Source: Haliotis rubra
Taxonomy: Eukaryota
Assembly (NCBI RefSeq): GCF_003918875.1
Contig: NW_025767120.1
Span: 558,001-622,000 of the forward strand
Length of the DNA: 64,000 bases
Direction: 5' to 3'
The notes under the pieces: generated by a model
Databases searched by the model: none
Told to the model about the DNA's origin: nothing
The model's input: the letters and a program-made list of their open reading frames with translations, nothing else
Part shown: positions 62,201 through 64,000 of the stretch, in pieces
How positions within the stretch are numbered: the first letter of the stretch is position 1
Layout of the letters: each line of letters opens with the position of its first letter
Made by a program: the position numbers and the translations under genes

Positions 62201-63567
62201 ACAAGGCAGGTCCAACCATTATATTTGTGTTGAAATTGTGCAAAAGACAGCATCCAGACTTTTAGTTCTAATAAGCTTTCGACTTTACCGCGTATGTTAA
62301 AATATGTTAAAAACATAAATGCAGGTTTTGATTATTTCAATACATAGGAATTGTACTAAATACGCTGTAATGGACAAATTCCCTATTTTGTTAACTGCCG
62401 TCGTTCACTATTTAGTTAATACGTGCAGGATGTCCATAAAGGTAACCAGTGCATAATTACTGGTATTTTATCAAGTTACAGTCATTGAAAAATATTTTCT
62501 GTTGCACGCACAGCGGCACTGGCGTCATGTGATCCCTTAGGTCAAGGTCAACCACATGTACGGCACCGACGTTTAGCCGTGGAGGACATTATTAAATACG
62601 TGTAATAGACATTCTAGTTAGATAATTGCTTATATCACTATGTTAAGTAAGCACGATATTCATTGTGTTAGCTTTGATTGAAACGTTCCATTCAAACACA
62701 ATGCTATCGGGGTCCATGTTATACGTAAATAAAGGGAAGTGACTCTGGTATTTAAGCCTGACTGGGACGTTTCAGTTGGTACTTGTAGAATAGCGTATTT
62801 CCAGTTCACTGTCAGTGTCGGTCCTGTATTTCTAGGGGTCGAAGGTGTCCCGTCCATCTCTGACTGGTTGGTGGACCAGCTGAAGAACATACCTGGAGCC
62901 AGGGTGGGCGCGAACCCCTTCCTCATGAATGCCCGTATGTCATAGTTGGATTTTCCATCATCAGTAAAGTTCTAATTTACAATGACATATGTGCTTTGTT
63001 TAATGTCGATGTTTTGTTCCATGTCTAATTAAGAAACTTTAATCGAGAGTCCAATGAACAAAGAACATGGATTAGCTGGCACATTGAGGTATTTCTGAGT
63101 GAGTGAGTGAGTTGGGTTGTACGCCGCTTTTAGCAATATACCAGCAATATCACGGCGGGGGACACCATAAATGGGCTTCACACATTGTGAACGTGTTGGG
63201 GATTCGAACTCGGGTCGTCTGTGTGACGAGCCGACGCTTTAACCATTAGGCTACCCCACCGCCCCGAGGTATATCTATCAGGCGGAACCAGCCTAGTCCA
63301 TACACATACGCGTTCTCTTTCGCTGCCACCACGGATACCTAACAAGCGTACCTTGAGATATTGATGATATTGTAAAAAAATAATAATGTGTATAACTACT
63401 AAATGACAAATACATTCAAGGTACATGGACATCCTACTCGACCATTTTCGCAAAGGCAGGGATATCGATGGTAGAGGTCAACGATGACCTTATCGACCAG
63501 ATCTGGATTTCCGATCGGCCCCCACAGCCCAGCACCGCTATAAATGCTCTGCCAATGGAATATGCAG
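59243..63567 (+). CDS. XPNPEP2: Xaa-Pro aminopeptidase, XPNPEP2-like tandem paralogue 2 (first 7 exons; continues beyond the window)
   Basis: Exons: 59243-59279 (MTRGTFAVLLAV), 60009-60106, 60746-60865, 61244-61307, 62101-62205 (GC donor), 62836-62934, 63421-63567. Exons 2-7 have the same lengths (98, 120, 64, 105, 99, 147) and phases as in paralogue 1. Motifs: DAYIVPSEDAHQSEY, AAVWTDGRYHLEA, INALPMEYAG. Confidence 0.9.
60247..60361 (+). mobile_element. 5'-truncated SINE family A
   Basis: GTTCGATCCCCACATGGGTACACTGTGTGAAGCCCATTTCCGG...(ACTC)n. Confidence 0.85.
60557..60703 (+). mobile_element. Penelope-type remnant with a U3-A8 hammerhead-like motif, preceded by an inverted copy of its tail
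   Basis: TATATGATC..TGC-TTGACAAC-GGTAT-AAGAACCTATAAACGC-GAAACGTT-GGATCATATA. The tail is homologous to 20899-20990. Confidence 0.6.
62409..62588 (+). pseudogene. Duplicated intron-1 end plus truncated exon 2 inside intron 5 of paralogue 2
   Basis: Matches ~59904-60082. The exon-like part 62514-62588 is almost identical to 60009-60083 but lacks the 3' end and donor. Confidence 0.88.
63097..63265 (-). mobile_element. tRNA-derived SINE family A, full length
   Basis: Reverse complement of family A; TSD GAGGTAT(T/A)TCT. Confidence 0.9.
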
Positions 63568-64000
63568 GTAAGTTCCTTATGAGTAACGACTCATTTTATG
63601 GATGTATAAATCGGGATATTAGTAATATGATTAATACCATCACGTTTCCTTCCAAGATCAGTTTAATAATCGCCATTGGTGTGCTTCTAAATCTAATACG
63701 ACGCCAGGGTCTGATGGTAATGGAAACCGGTCTCCAAACACCATTATTTCATTGTTTCACTATGGACATAGTGGATGTTCCACCGTGCTTGTGAAAAGGT
63801 CGAACAAATGCTTCTCACCAAATAGGTGATGTGACATATCTTAAAACCTACAAAAAAAGTACAAAATATTTACGACGTGTCTTACAAAGCTTGTGTCATC
63901 ATACTCAACCTCTATTTACATGGGGCAGGAAGGAGTGAGAAAGTGATGTTGAGGCTGCAAGGATCAAATGTTGGTTCTAGAATCTAAGTTCGTTTTACGA

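Overview
This is AT-rich, intron-rich animal genomic DNA. The SINE repertoire and gene structures suggest a mollusc, probably a gastropod such as abalone (inference). It holds three protein-coding genes, all on the + strand. (1) The 3' 25 exons (~1285 codons) of nucleoporin NUP205 (119-18781), including a U12-type (minor spliceosome) intron. (2) A complete 21-exon, ~714-aa Xaa-Pro aminopeptidase (XPNPEP2-like, M24B) with signal peptide and GPI signal (25495-56180). (3) The first 7 exons of a tandem paralogue (59243 to beyond 63567). Mobile DNA includes a DIRS1-type tyrosine-recombinase retrotransposon with both inverted terminal repeats (ITRs) and its internal complementary region (ICR) inside a NUP205 intron, an L2-type LINE, two abundant SINE-like families sharing a 3' tail, Penelope-type remnants carrying minimal hammerhead-ribozyme-like motifs, hAT/Tc1/MITE remnants and several minisatellites. 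The most notable observations are: NUP205 splice donors multiplied by tandem repeats and a target-site duplication (TSD), one giving an in-frame alternative donor; covarying U3-A8 hammerhead variants; a pseudoknot-capable 5' end on a SINE-like family with no tRNA head; a zinc-finger/RT in-frame deletion fusion in the DIRS; a GT-to-GC donor switch between the paralogues; and intronic pseudo-exon copies. Exon coordinates were read by hand from splice signals and reading-frame continuity.
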